A stretch of 64,000 nt of DNA from Micropruina sp. (GCF_047602085.1 NZ_JASGID010000007.1:397388-461387), one strand, 5' to 3'. Numbered from the stretch's first letter, positions 35,539 to 46,080 are shown. Numbers and translations are program-made. The notes: generated by a model from the letters alone, not told the origin.

Positions 35539-36069
35539 ATGGGTTCGGAGCACTACCAGGTGCGGCGCAGCGCGCGGCGGCGCACCACGATGGGCATCAT
35601 GCGCGAACGGGGCACGCTGGTGGTGGTCGTGCCCGAGCGAATGACGCGCCAACAAGAACGGGAACTCGTACCCGCCTTCGTCTCGCGTTACCTCGAACAT
35701 GAGGCGGCGCGCCGGCCACCGGTGGGCGATCGCGAGCTCACCCATCGGGCGCGCGCGCTCTTCGCTGCCCACCTGGCCGAGCCCGGCGGCGAGCCGCCGT
35801 CGTTGAGCGTCACCTGGTCGGCCCGTCAGCAGCAGCGCTGGGGCTCGTGCACCACCGCGACCGGTGAAATCAGGATCTCCGACCGGCTGCAGGCCATGCC
35901 CGACTGGGTCACCGACTATGTGCTGGTGCACGAGTTGACCCACCTGATCGAACGCACCCACTCCCGGCGCTTTCACGAGTTGGTGGCCCGCTACCCCCAC
36001 AGTGAGCGCGCCAAGGGCTTTCTCGAGGGTTGGCAGAGCGCCCAGAACCTGCCCGCGTCCGGCTGCTGA
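35539..36069 (+). CDS. M48/YgjP (DUF45)-like Zn metallopeptidase
   Basis: RWGSCT...IRISDRL..MPDWV.DYVLVHELTHL (HExxH). Confidence 0.9.
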   Translation: MGSEHYQVRRSARRRTTMGIMRERGTLVVVVPERMTRQQERELVPAFVSRYLEHEAARRPPVGDRELTHRARALFAAHLAEPGGEPPSLSVTWSARQQQRWGSCTTATGEIRISDRLQAMPDWVTDYVLVHELTHLIERTHSRRFHELVARYPHSERAKGFLEGWQSAQNLPASGC

Positions 36070-36127
36070 GCGGGGCTGCGCAACACGACTGGACGCGCTC
36101 GGGCTCGACCAGCGATTGATCAGTGCT

Positions 36128-36286
36128 GGTTGAGCTTGTCGAAACCCCTTTCCCCGGTGTGGTGACCGAGGTCTCGACGGGCTTGACCGGCGACTTGCGA
36201 GGTCTCGACGGGCTCGACCGGCGACTTCCGAGGTCTCGACAGGCTCGACCAGCGATTCCCGAGGTCTCGACGGGCTCGACCAGCGA
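36128..36286. repeat. REP cluster: one left arm plus 4 x 31-bp tandem right arms
   Basis: GGTTGAGCTTGTCGAAACC at 36128; CGAGGTCTCGAC(G/A)GGCT(C/T)GACC units at 36167, 36198, 36229, 36260. Confidence 0.9.
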
Positions 36287-36322
36287 AGATCAGCTCAGCC
36301 GAGGCGCGTCGGCTGGGAGCGG

Positions 36323-37675
36323 CTACCGGCTCCCGCCCTCTTCGTCCAACAGCTTGGCCAACTCGGCGTCCAGGTCGTCCGGCCCGGCGGCTTGGTGCCC
36401 GTGCTCGGCATAGCCGAGCGGATCGTCGAGATCGGCAGAGGTCGGAATCAGATCGGGGTGTCGCCAGGACGCGTCACGCGCCTGGGCGCCGCGGGTGGCC
36501 CGCGTCGCAGCCCACAGGTTGGCCGCGTCACGGGTGCGGCGGGGGCGTAACTCCAGGCCGACCAGCGCCTTGAGTGCCGCCTCGGCCGGGCCGCCGGCTG
36601 CCCGCCGGCGCCGCACCACCTCGGTGAGCGCGGCTCCCTTGGGCATCCAGCGGCTCATGGTGTGCCCGACCACCTCGTCGACCCAGCCCTCCACCAGGGC
36701 CAGCAGCGTTTCGAGGCGCTCCAGCACCTCGGCCTGCTCGGGGGTGACCGCCGGCTCGAACAGCGTGCCGGCCAGCGCCTGCCCCGCCCGCTCCAGGTCG
36801 TCGGCACTCATCGCGGCGCTCAGTTGCGACTCGATGGCCTCTTCCAGCGCCGTGATGTCAATGGTGATGTCGCGGGCGTAGTGCTCGACCAGGGCGTGCA
36901 ATTGCGGGCCCAGCCAGCCGACCGCCGCGAACAGCCGCTGCCGCGCCGTCTCGCGCAGCGCGAGGAACAGCAGCACGTCGGCGGCGGTCACGTTCTCGAG
37001 TTCGGCCCCGAACGCCTCGATGTTGGTGGGCAGCAGCGCCACCTGGGGTCTTTCACCCAGCGGCAGCCCGATGTCGCTGACGCTCAGCACCTCGGTGGCC
37101 AGGCTGCCTAGCGACTGGCCGACCTGGGCGGCGAACATGCCGGACGCCGCCGCCCGCACCATCGGCTTCATGAACTCCTCACCCGGGCCGGCCTCGCGGG
37201 CCATCAGCGAGCCGAGCGCCGCCGACAGGCTGGCGACGATGGGATTGCTGAGCTGCTGCCAGGTGGCGAAGGTGTTCTCGACCCATTCGGCCCGGCTCCA
37301 GGCCACCGCGGGTGCGCTGAGCCGTGGAAACGTGGTCTGCTCGTCGAGCCACAGCTCGGCGAGTCCCACCGCGTCGCGCAGCTTGGCCACCTCGGAGGGG
37401 GTCGGTGTCGTGTCGGGACCCTTGGCCGCGGTTACCCGGCGAGCAATGTCATGGGTGAAGGTCCAGTTCATGCCGCTGGCCGGGTCGGTGGGGCCGAAAC
37501 CGGCCATCTGGGTCTGGAACTGCGACATCACTGACTGCAGCCGCTGGGTGATGGCGGCGAGGTCGAACTCGCCGTCCGGGCCGGGAGTGATGCCGAACTG
37601 GGCGAGAAACTGGGCCAGCGGGTTCTCCTCGGGGCGATCGCCGCCCTGGCCGGGGAGGTCCGGGTCGTTGGCCAT
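36323..37675 (-). CDS. Zinc-dependent metalloprotease family protein (Rv3195-like)
   Basis: AWSRAEWVENT, LALRETARQRLF, ETLLALVEGWVDEV, GLELRPRR, WRHPDLIP; ATG 37675. Confidence 0.85.
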   Translation of the reverse strand: MANDPDLPGQGGDRPEENPLAQFLAQFGITPGPDGEFDLAAITQRLQSVMSQFQTQMAGFGPTDPASGMNWTFTHDIARRVTAAKGPDTTPTPSEVAKLRDAVGLAELWLDEQTTFPRLSAPAVAWSRAEWVENTFATWQQLSNPIVASLSAALGSLMAREAGPGEEFMKPMVRAAASGMFAAQVGQSLGSLATEVLSVSDIGLPLGERPQVALLPTNIEAFGAELENVTAADVLLFLALRETARQRLFAAVGWLGPQLHALVEHYARDITIDITALEEAIESQLSAAMSADDLERAGQALAGTLFEPAVTPEQAEVLERLETLLALVEGWVDEVVGHTMSRWMPKGAALTEVVRRRRAAGGPAEAALKALVGLELRPRRTRDAANLWAATRATRGAQARDASWRHPDLIPTSADLDDPLGYAEHGHQAAGPDDLDAELAKLLDEEGGSR

Positions 37676-37811
37676 GACTGACTCCTGATGGTCGGTGGTG
37701 GTGTGGGCCGCAGTGCCGGGGCGACTGCGGCGGTACGAAACCCATTGTCCCGCACATCGCAAGGTGTGGGGTGGGCTGAACGCCCAGGTGGCGTCCGGTA
37801 GTCTCGGCCGG

Positions 37812-38861
37812 GTGACCAAGCAGACGTGGACGGCGGCCGTCTCGGCGGTGCTGTTCGTGGCGTTGGCCGCTGTCGTGTCGCTGGTGCCGGTGCCGTTCGT
37901 GAGCTGGTCGCCCGGCGCGACGGTCAACCTGTTCGAGGCGGTGGACGGCCAGCCGCGGGTCGACATTCAGGGCGTGGAAACCTACCCGACCACCGGGCAA
38001 TTGCGGCTTACCACGGTGTCGGTGACCCGGGTGGACAGCCGGCTCACCCTGCCCGAGGCGCTGCTGTCGTACTGGCTGTCGGCGCGCGAGGTACTGCCCC
38101 GTGAGGCGGTGTACCCGGCCGGTGTCAGCACCGACGAGATCCAGGCCCGCGAAGCGCAGAGCATGGACAACTCGCAATCGGCAGCGGTCGCGGCGGGCCT
38201 TCGGGCCGCTGGCGAGAAGGTCGTGGAGTACCCGATGGTGCAGGCGGTGTCAAACGGCAGCCCGGCTGACGGCAAGCTGAAGCCCGGTGACTTCATTGTG
38301 CGCATCGACAACAAGGTGGTCTCGACCATCGACGCGGTGCGGCGCGCCATCCAGTCCCACGAGGTCGGCCAGGCCATCGTGTTCACGGTGCTGCGCGACG
38401 GCCAGCAGGCCACTGAGACCGTCACCGGGGTGGCGTCCAACACCAACCCGACGAGCCCGGTCGTGGGCATCAACCTGGCCGTCGGGTACTCCTACGAACC
38501 CACGGTGGTCTTTCGCATCGACGCTGGCATCGGCGGCCCGAGCGCGGGGTTGATGTTCGCGCTGGCCGTCTACGACCTGGTGACCCCCGCCGACCTGATC
38601 GCCGGACGAGCGGTGGCCGGCACCGGCACCATCACCGGCGATGGCACGGTGGGCGCGATCGGCGGTATTCAAGAGAAGATCGCCGGGGCGGAGGCGGCCG
38701 GAGCCACCATCTTTCTGGTGCCCGCGGCCAACTGCGACGATGTTCGTGAACTATCGACGCCGGTGCGGCTGGTCCGGGTTGAAACTCTGGCGCAGGCCAT
38801 CACGGCGCTACGCACCCTCAGCGACCCGGCCACGGCCGATTCGGTGCAGGGGTGCGCGTGA
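37812..38861 (+). CDS. PDZ-domain Lon-like protease (YlbL/Rv3194c-like)
   Basis: N-terminal TM, PDZ region, IGGPSAGLMFAL (catalytic Ser), VAGTGTI, IGGIQEKI (catalytic Lys), FLVPAANC. Confidence 0.92.
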   Translation: MTKQTWTAAVSAVLFVALAAVVSLVPVPFVSWSPGATVNLFEAVDGQPRVDIQGVETYPTTGQLRLTTVSVTRVDSRLTLPEALLSYWLSAREVLPREAVYPAGVSTDEIQAREAQSMDNSQSAAVAAGLRAAGEKVVEYPMVQAVSNGSPADGKLKPGDFIVRIDNKVVSTIDAVRRAIQSHEVGQAIVFTVLRDGQQATETVTGVASNTNPTSPVVGINLAVGYSYEPTVVFRIDAGIGGPSAGLMFALAVYDLVTPADLIAGRAVAGTGTITGDGTVGAIGGIQEKIAGAEAAGATIFLVPAANCDDVRELSTPVRLVRVETLAQAITALRTLSDPATADSVQGCA

Positions 38862-39370
38862 CTGTGTCGGACGCCCTCGTGGCCAGCCTGATCGAGATCG
38901 AGCGGCACGTCGGTGGGCTGGGCTGGGACCAGCCGTCCCGGCTGTTCGCGCTGGTGCCGACAGCCGATCTGATCGCGGCAGAACCGCAGTTGGCCGAGCA
39001 TCTCACCGGTGGCACCGAACCCCAGCCCGGGCAACTGTCGGCAATCGAGCAGGAGGGGTTCGCGGCGGGTGCCGATCTGGGCGACGCGCTCGCCCGGATC
39101 ACCTGGCCGGCCAGCGTGCACGGTGTCGCACTCAGCCTGGAGCGGTTTTTCCTGCCAGGCCGGGCGGATGCCGGCCTGCCGTCCGGGTCGGCGGGTGCCG
39201 AGCAGGCTCGCCAGCACCCCGAACGCCAAGAGGTTCGCGTCGTGGCCGGGGTGCTCAGGGGTGACGCCGGGTACGGTGTGGCCCGGCTGCGCAGCCACCC
39301 CGACGAACTGTTGTCGGGTAGCGATCTGGTGCCCGGCCTGACTGCTGCCCTGTCACGTACATTGGATTGA
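38858..39370 (+). CDS. PPA1309-family protein
   Basis: EIERHV..LGWDQPSRLFALVPT, ITWP..VHGVAL.LER, HPERQEVRVVAGVLR. Confidence 0.85.
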   Translation: MTVSDALVASLIEIERHVGGLGWDQPSRLFALVPTADLIAAEPQLAEHLTGGTEPQPGQLSAIEQEGFAAGADLGDALARITWPASVHGVALSLERFFLPGRADAGLPSGSAGAEQARQHPERQEVRVVAGVLRGDAGYGVARLRSHPDELLSGSDLVPGLTAALSRTLD

Positions 39371-39394
39371 CGTTTGAGCGAGGAGACTTCCCCC

Positions 39395-42253
39395 GTGAGC
39401 CTGTCGACAAGCATTCATCGTCGATCGCCGCTATTGCTCACCCTGGCCATCGCCGCCGTGGCGGTGGTCGTGTTCGCGGTGTTCACCCAGGTGTGGACCG
39501 ACAAGCTGTGGTTCGACTCGATGGGTTTCGGCACGGTGTTCACCACCGAACTGATCACCCGGCTGGCACTGTTCGTCGGCATCGGGGGCGTGATGGCGCT
39601 GTTGATCGGCGGCAATATGTGGCTGGCCATCCGGCTGCGCCCGCAGGGCAGCCGTCAGGGCGACAGTGCCGTGCTCGACGCCTACCGGCGTTTGCTCGAG
39701 AAGAACACCCGCATCGCAGTGCTCGTTCCGGCCGTAGCGCTGGGCGTACTGGCCGGCATATCGGCCACCGCTGAGGTGCTGCCGGTGCTGGGGTGGCTGC
39801 ACGCGGCACCCTTTGGCAAGACCGACCCCAGCTTCGGCCTCGACTACCGGTTTTACGTCTTCGAGTTTCCGATCTGGCAGAGTCTGCTGAGCTTTGTGCT
39901 GGCTGCGGTGGCGTTCAGCCTGGTCGCATCACTGATCGTGCATTTCGCCACCGGGGGACTGCGCGCGGTGCGCACCCTGGGCCGTCCGCAACTGAGCCCG
40001 GCGGCCCGCGTGCACCTGTCGGTGCTGGCTGGTGTGTTGTTGGTGCTGTACGGCCTGCAGTGCCTGCTCGACCGGTACGGCCTGCTGCTCAGCCAGGGCA
40101 CGCTGTTCACCGGCGTCCACTACACCGACGACCACGCCCGGATGGGCGCCAAGCTGGTCATGGCGGTGATCTCCTTTCTGGTCGCCGCCCTGTTCTTCGC
40201 CAACCCGATCGTCAAGCGCACCATCTACCCGGCCGCCGCAGTGGTGCTGATGGTGATCTCTGGGCTGATCCTCACCCTGATCTACCCGGCCGTGGTGCAG
40301 TCGTTCGTGGTCGCGCCCAACCAGCCCGACAAAGAGAACCCGTACATGCAGTCGCACATCGACATGACTCGCGACGCCTTCGGCATCGCCGACACCGAGG
40401 TGACCGAGTACGAGGCGGTCACTCAGGTGAAGGCCGGCCAGCTCAAGTCGGACGCCGAGGCGCTGCCCGGCATTCGGTTGATGGACCCGGCCGTGATCGG
40501 CCCCACGTTCGAACAGTTGCAGCAAGTGCGCGGCTACTACACCTTTCCAGAGACGCTGGATGTCGACCGCTACACCATCGACGGCACCGAGACCGATGTG
40601 GTGGTGGCTGCCCGAGAGATGAACCTGGCCGGGGTGCCCGACCAGAACTGGAACAACATCCACACCGTCTACACCCACGGCTACGGCCTGGTGATCGCCT
40701 ACGGCAACCGCCGCCAGGCCATGGGTGAGCCGGAGTGGATCGTCCGTGACATTCCGCCGGTCGGCAAGCTGCCTGATCACGAATCGCGCATCTACTTCGG
40801 CGAGCAGTCCACGCAGTACGCGATCGTCGGACGCGAGGAGGGGCAGGAGCCGATCGAACTCGACACTCCCAACGCCAAGTCGAACGTGTACACCGGCAAG
40901 GGCGGGGTGTCGATCGGTGACGCGTTCACCCGCGCGCTGTACGCGGCGCGGTTCATGGACATCAACTTGCTGTTGTCAGACCGGGTGAACAGCCAGTCCA
41001 AGATCCTGTACAACCGCACACCCAAAGAGCGGGTGCAGGAGGTGGCTCCCTGGCTGACCGTCGACTCCAACGTCTACCCGGCCGTGGTGGACGGTCGCAC
41101 GGTGTGGATTGTCGACGGTTACACCACCTCAAGTAGCTACCCCAACAGCGAGCTGGTCAACCTGCGCGACTCCGCGGCCGACACCCAGTCGCGTTCGGTC
41201 GGCACGCAGGTCGACCAGAACATCAACTACATTCGTAACTCGGTCAAGGCGGTGGTGGACGCCTACGACGGCACGGTCACCCTGTACGCCTGGGACGAGT
41301 CCGACCCGATTCTGCAGGCCTACGCGCAGGCATTCGCGGGCACGGTGCAGCCCAAGAGCGCGATCAGTCCCGACTTGCTCAGCCACCTGCGCTACCCCGA
41401 AGACCTGTTCAAGGTGCAGCGCGAGATTCTCGGTCGCTACCACATGACCGACCCCTACACCTGGTACGCGCAGTCCGACCTGTGGCAGGTGCCGAACAAC
41501 CCGGTGAACTCGAACAGCGACGCCAAAGAGCCGCCGTACTACCTGAGCATCAAGTGGCCCGGCGATGCCAACCCGGTGTTCAGCCAGACCACGGTGTTCG
41601 TGCCTCGGGGGCGTTCCAACCTGGCCAGCTACCTGGCGGTGGTGGCCGAGGCGACCAGCCCCGACTACGGCAAATTACGGGTGTTGCGAATGTCTGACAC
41701 CCATCAGATCGACGGGCCGGGCCAGACCTTCAACGCCATCAACAACGACCAGAAGGTCGCCGAGATGCTGCGTCCCTACCTCAACCAGGGCGCATCGTCG
41801 GCCACCTACGGCAACCTGTTGACGCTGCCGATGGGCAACGGGCTGCTTTATGTGGCGCCGATCTACACCATGCGGCAGGGCAACACCGGGTCGTACCCGG
41901 CGCTGGCCTACGTCGTGGTGCGGTTCGGTTCGTACGTGGGCATCGGCTCCACGCTGCAAGAGGCGCTCGACAAGGTGTTCGCCGGCGATGCCGGAGCCAC
42001 CACCGGCGAGAAACCCACCGGCACCGGCACCGGCACCAGCACCGCGTCGCCGAGCACTACGGCCTCACCCACGACCAGCCCCACCGGCTCGGCCACGGCC
42101 AACCCGCAGGCGGTGGCGCTGTTGGCCAAAGCGCAGGCCGCTTTCGAGGCCGCCGATACGGCTCTGCGCAACGGCGACCTGGCCACCTACCAGAGCAAGG
42201 TCGATGAGGCCAAGGCGGCTCTGGCCGAGGCGCTCAAGCTGATGGGTCGCTGA
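39395..42253 (+). CDS. UPF0182 family membrane protein
   Basis: WTDKLWFDSMG, DPSFGLD..FYVFE.P, GVHYTD, IRLMDP, DVDRY, HTVYTHGYG, NYIRNSVKAVVDAYDG, LRYPEDLFKVQR; SD GAGGAG. Confidence 0.95.
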   Translation: MSLSTSIHRRSPLLLTLAIAAVAVVVFAVFTQVWTDKLWFDSMGFGTVFTTELITRLALFVGIGGVMALLIGGNMWLAIRLRPQGSRQGDSAVLDAYRRLLEKNTRIAVLVPAVALGVLAGISATAEVLPVLGWLHAAPFGKTDPSFGLDYRFYVFEFPIWQSLLSFVLAAVAFSLVASLIVHFATGGLRAVRTLGRPQLSPAARVHLSVLAGVLLVLYGLQCLLDRYGLLLSQGTLFTGVHYTDDHARMGAKLVMAVISFLVAALFFANPIVKRTIYPAAAVVLMVISGLILTLIYPAVVQSFVVAPNQPDKENPYMQSHIDMTRDAFGIADTEVTEYEAVTQVKAGQLKSDAEALPGIRLMDPAVIGPTFEQLQQVRGYYTFPETLDVDRYTIDGTETDVVVAAREMNLAGVPDQNWNNIHTVYTHGYGLVIAYGNRRQAMGEPEWIVRDIPPVGKLPDHESRIYFGEQSTQYAIVGREEGQEPIELDTPNAKSNVYTGKGGVSIGDAFTRALYAARFMDINLLLSDRVNSQSKILYNRTPKERVQEVAPWLTVDSNVYPAVVDGRTVWIVDGYTTSSSYPNSELVNLRDSAADTQSRSVGTQVDQNINYIRNSVKAVVDAYDGTVTLYAWDESDPILQAYAQAFAGTVQPKSAISPDLLSHLRYPEDLFKVQREILGRYHMTDPYTWYAQSDLWQVPNNPVNSNSDAKEPPYYLSIKWPGDANPVFSQTTVFVPRGRSNLASYLAVVAEATSPDYGKLRVLRMSDTHQIDGPGQTFNAINNDQKVAEMLRPYLNQGASSATYGNLLTLPMGNGLLYVAPIYTMRQGNTGSYPALAYVVVRFGSYVGIGSTLQEALDKVFAGDAGATTGEKPTGTGTGTSTASPSTTASPTTSPTGSATANPQAVALLAKAQAAFEAADTALRNGDLATYQSKVDEAKAALAEALKLMGR

Positions 42254-43572
42254 CCACCTCGGGGTTGAGGCCGCCGGCCCGCAGGCCGTCGACCAGAACC
42301 GACGCGTCGCCCACTACCACCAGGCTGAGCCGGTCGGGCCGCAGCAGTTCGGCAACGACTTCGGTCGCCTGCTCGGGCGTCACCTGTCGCAGCGCGTCAG
42401 CATGGCGGTTGACGAAGTCCGCGTCGAGCCCCACCTCGACCAGGGCGGCGACCTGGTCGGTGATGCCGGCCGCGGTGGCGCAGCGCAGCGGGGTGATGCC
42501 GATCAGAAAGTTGAGCGCATCGGCGAGTTCGCCGGCGCCGATCGCCCGGTCTCCGTCCACCCTGATCAGGTCGCGGGCCTCGGCCACGGCCGCCGCCGCC
42601 ACCTCGGTGCGAAAAGACGCGTGCATGGCAAGCAGGCCACCATGTCTGGCCGGGACGTTCGACAACTGCACACCGTAGGTGTAGCCGCGTTCTTCGCGCA
42701 GCACCCGGTTGAGCCGGCTGAGAAAGCCGCCGCCCAGCACGAACGCGCCCAGCCGCAATGCCGGCCAGCGCGGGTCGGTGCGATCGATGCCGAAGGTGCC
42801 CAGGCGCACATCGGCCTGCACGGCTCCCGGCCGGTCGATCACCAGCACCTGCGGACGGCCCGGCTCGGGCCGGTCGGCGCGCACAGCGGGCACCGGGTGC
42901 TGCCAGCGGCCGAAGGCGTCCGCCACGGTGGGCAGCGGGTCGGTGGAGAAGTCGCCGGCCAGCACCAGTGTGGCCCGGGACGGCCCGTAGTGGGCGTCGT
43001 AGTGGCCCCGCAGAGCGGCGGTGGAGAGCTCAGCGATCGTGACGGAGGTGCCCGCTGTGGGGTGCGACGCGCGGAAGGAGGCGTCGATGACAACGCCGCG
43101 AAAGGCCTCCGCCCCACGATGAGCCGGGTGGGCCCGGTGCTGCTCGATCTCGGCCAGCCGTAGTTCGACGTGACGGCGGACGTCCGCTTCGTCCAGGGCC
43201 GGCTCCAGCACCGCTTCGGCGAACAACGACAGCGCGTCGGCGAACCGGGTGGTGGGCACCTCGAGGCTGATATGGGTGGCGGCGTGGCCGACCCCGCCGC
43301 CGAACACCGCGCCGTGATTCTCGAGTTGCTCGGCGAAGTCGGTGCCCGGGTGGGAAAGCGTGCCCTCGTCGAGGCAGCGCTGCAGAATTGCCCGAAACCC
43401 CCTCAAGGGCGGCGGGCTCGGCGTTCAGCGGCAGATCGATCACCATAGTGGCGTTGATCAGGTGCTGGCCGGGACGGTGGAACGCCTGCACCGCCATGCC
43501 GTTGGGCAGCCGCGAGGTGTCTGGGGAGGGGAACGTCCAGGGCTGCGGGGGAGCGATCACCGGGCGGTTCAT
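42234..43572 (-). pseudogene. M16 peptidase non-catalytic partner subunit with one +1 frameshift
   Basis: ATG 43572 (MNRPVIAPPQPWTFP..RLPNG); frame shifts at C-runs 43391-43402 into AILQRCLDEGT, ...LGGGFLSRLNRVLREERGYTYG. 1339 nt = 446 codons + 1. Confidence 0.75.
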
Positions 43573-44840
43573 GCCGGCGCCTTTCGATAGGTGAGCACGG
43601 CTCGCTGGTCGGGCGCCAGCCAGGCGGCCGCGGCCTCGGCGACCTGCCCGACGGTGAGCGCACGCACCTCGTCGAGGCGCCGGTTCACCGCGTCGGGATC
43701 GCCGTGCAGCGTGGCGTAACAACTGAACAGGTCGGCCCGGCTGTCGAACCGGGCCAGTTCGCCCAGCCACATTCGCTCGTACTGGGCCTTCACCCGGTCG
43801 ACCTCGGCGGTGGTCGGCCCGTCGGCGATGAACCGGGCGAGTTCGGCCACGATTGCCTCCTCCAGCCGCTCAGCACCTACCTCCGGCAACGCGCGGGCGT
43901 GGGCGAAGCCGATGCTGGTGCCACCGATCAGCCCGGTGGCCGACGCACCCGCTCCTTCAGCGATCCGATCGGCGCGTACCAGCCGGCGATGCAGCCTCGA
44001 GGTCTGCCCGTCGCCCAGCACCGACAGGGCAACCTCGACGGCATCGAAGGCCGGGGTGTCGCGGGTGGGCAGTCGCCAGGTCAGGTAGGTCGCATCCGAC
44101 GGCACGGCCGCCGACACCGTCCGTCGCGGGACCGCGGCCAGCGGCGGAAGCGGGAGGGTCTCGGCACGGGTTGGTGTGCCGGCTCGGGGGAGCCTTTCGA
44201 ACGCCCGGCGTACCCGTTCGAGTGCGTCGTCGGGGTGCACGTCGCCGACCAGGGTGAGCACGGCGTTGTTCGGGGCGTAGTGAGTGGCAAAGAACGCCCG
44301 CGCGTCGTCGAGGGTGGCTGCGGCGAGATCGTCCATCGACCCGATGGTGGCATGACCATAGGGGTGATCGGCCGGAAAGGTGAGTTGCACCAGGTGGATC
44401 AGGACGTCGCCGTAGGGCACGTTGTCGTAGCGTTGGCGCTTCTCTTCCATCACCACGTCGCGCTGGTTGTCGAGGTTGTGTTGCGTGACGTCGAGGCTGG
44501 CGAGCCGCTCGGCTTCGAGCCACAGGGCGAGGTCGAGGGCGCCGGTGGGAACGGTCTCGAAGTAGTTGGTGCGGTCGAACCAGGTGGTGGCATTGGCCGA
44601 TCCGCCCACCGACTGAATGGCCGCCAGGTGCTCCCCGGGGCCGACCTGTGCCGAGCCCTCGAACATCAGGTGTTCGAACAGGTGGGCGAGCCCGGTGCGG
44701 CCGGGGCGTTCGTCGCGCGAGCCGACGTCATACCAGAGGTTGAGGGCCACCACCGGCACGGTGACATCGGGGTTGACGATCACCCGAAGGCCGTTGTCGA
44801 GTGTGGCCTGATGCAGTGAGTAGCGGACGACCGTGGCCAT
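43569..44840 (-). CDS. M16 (insulinase/pitrilysin) Zn peptidase, catalytic subunit
   Basis: LDNGLRV, WYDVGSRDE..GRTGLAHLFEHLMFEGS (HxxEH), TWFDRTNYFE, VVMEEKRQR. Confidence 0.94.
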   Translation of the reverse strand: MATVVRYSLHQATLDNGLRVIVNPDVTVPVVALNLWYDVGSRDERPGRTGLAHLFEHLMFEGSAQVGPGEHLAAIQSVGGSANATTWFDRTNYFETVPTGALDLALWLEAERLASLDVTQHNLDNQRDVVMEEKRQRYDNVPYGDVLIHLVQLTFPADHPYGHATIGSMDDLAAATLDDARAFFATHYAPNNAVLTLVGDVHPDDALERVRRAFERLPRAGTPTRAETLPLPPLAAVPRRTVSAAVPSDATYLTWRLPTRDTPAFDAVEVALSVLGDGQTSRLHRRLVRADRIAEGAGASATGLIGGTSIGFAHARALPEVGAERLEEAIVAELARFIADGPTTAEVDRVKAQYERMWLGELARFDSRADLFSCYATLHGDPDAVNRRLDEVRALTVGQVAEAAAAWLAPDQRAVLTYRKAPA

Positions 44841-44883
44841 GTGGGTCATCGAACCACACCCGCGTTACTGGAGCTGACAGATA

Positions 44884-46080
44884 TCAGCCGATGTGCCGGC
44901 GCGGCGGCCGGACCAGCAGGCTGAGTCCCATGACGACGACGGCACCGGCCATCATCGGCAGCATGGCGGCCAGGCCGCGCTGCAGCGACAACGAGTCGGT
45001 GATCGTCGAGGGCCACGAGCCGGGCCCGCCGCCGCCGGGTTGCTGTGGGACGGGCAACGGCGAATCGGTCGGGGTGCCTTGAGGCAGGTAGGTCGACGGG
45101 GTGCTGGACGGCGACGGTGACAGTGCAGTGCTGGACGGTGCGGCCGACGAGGCCGTGGCAGTCGCGGTGGTTGACGCCCGCACGCTCGACGTACGCGTCG
45201 GGGTCGGCGTGATGGTGCGCGTGACGGTGGGTGTCGGACGTGCCGTGGTGCGGGTGGGAGTTGGTGTCGGACGTGCCGTGGTGCGGGTGGGAGTTGGTGT
45301 CGGACGTGCCGTGGTGCGGGTGGGGGTCGGTGTCGGACGTGCCGTGGTGCGGGTGGGCGTCGGAGTCGGACGTGCCGTGGTGCGGGTCGGTGTCGGTGTG
45401 GGTGTCGGACTCGCGCTGGGTGTCGGGGTGCGAGTCGGACTCGCGCTGGGTGTCGGCGCGGTGGGCGCGTTCGTCGGCCACCAGATGATGGGTGGCACAT
45501 CGACGGTCGGGGTTGTCGAGGGCAGGGCGGTGGGTTCCTCGGTGATGCTGGGCGTGGCTGTGGGCCCGTCGGTGAGCGAGGGCGTCGGCAGGCCCGTCAG
45601 CGTCGGGGCGGGCTGCCAGGTTGGTGCCTCCGACGGCCGGGAGGTGGGCTGCCGGGTCGGCTGGTGCGAAGGCCGCTCGGTGGGCTCAGGGCCTCTTGTC
45701 GGCGTCGTGGTGGGTGTTGGCACCGCTGTGGTCGATTCGGTCGGCTCGACAACCGTCGGCTCATCGGTAGGGCGGCCCGATCGGGTCGGTGTGGCCGTCG
45801 GCTGCGCGGTGTGCGACGGCGAATACGTTCCGGTGGGCGTCGGACGGCCGCTGGGGGATGCCTTGAGAGGTGGCGTTGGGGTCTTCGACGGATCGGCCCG
45901 CGGCGTGTGGCTGGGCGTTGCCGTCCGCGAAGGGGTGCTTTCGCAGCCTGCATGGTCGCCGCGACAAGGAGATGGATTGGTGTGCGCGAATGCCGGTGCG
46001 GCGGCGATCAGGGCAGCACCCAGTATCGCCGCGGCGCCCCAAACGGACACGCGTAACCGCAGACCGAGCTGACCGTTCAT
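44884..46080 (-). CDS. Secreted, membrane-anchored Pro/Thr-rich protein
   Basis: Signal peptide ending AFA, long Pro/Thr/Ser stalk, C-terminal TM followed by RPPRRH. Confidence 0.75.
   Translation of the reverse strand: MNGQLGLRLRVSVWGAAAILGAALIAAAPAFAHTNPSPCRGDHAGCESTPSRTATPSHTPRADPSKTPTPPLKASPSGRPTPTGTYSPSHTAQPTATPTRSGRPTDEPTVVEPTESTTAVPTPTTTPTRGPEPTERPSHQPTRQPTSRPSEAPTWQPAPTLTGLPTPSLTDGPTATPSITEEPTALPSTTPTVDVPPIIWWPTNAPTAPTPSASPTRTPTPSASPTPTPTPTRTTARPTPTPTRTTARPTPTPTRTTARPTPTPTRTTARPTPTPTRTTARPTPTVTRTITPTPTRTSSVRASTTATATASSAAPSSTALSPSPSSTPSTYLPQGTPTDSPLPVPQQPGGGGPGSWPSTITDSLSLQRGLAAMLPMMAGAVVVMGLSLLVRPPRRHIG
45230..45394. repeat. Intragenic 33-bp tandem repeat x5 (TPTPTRTTARP)
   Basis: Units at 45230, 45263, 45296, 45329, 45362. 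Confidence 0.92.

Noticed and set aside
36167-36286. 4 x 31-bp array (and the 3 x 36-bp array at 30446) as a CRISPR array
   Set aside because: Intervening segments are only about 8-12 nt and near-identical rather than unique spacers; the repeat is the window-wide REP; no cas genes.
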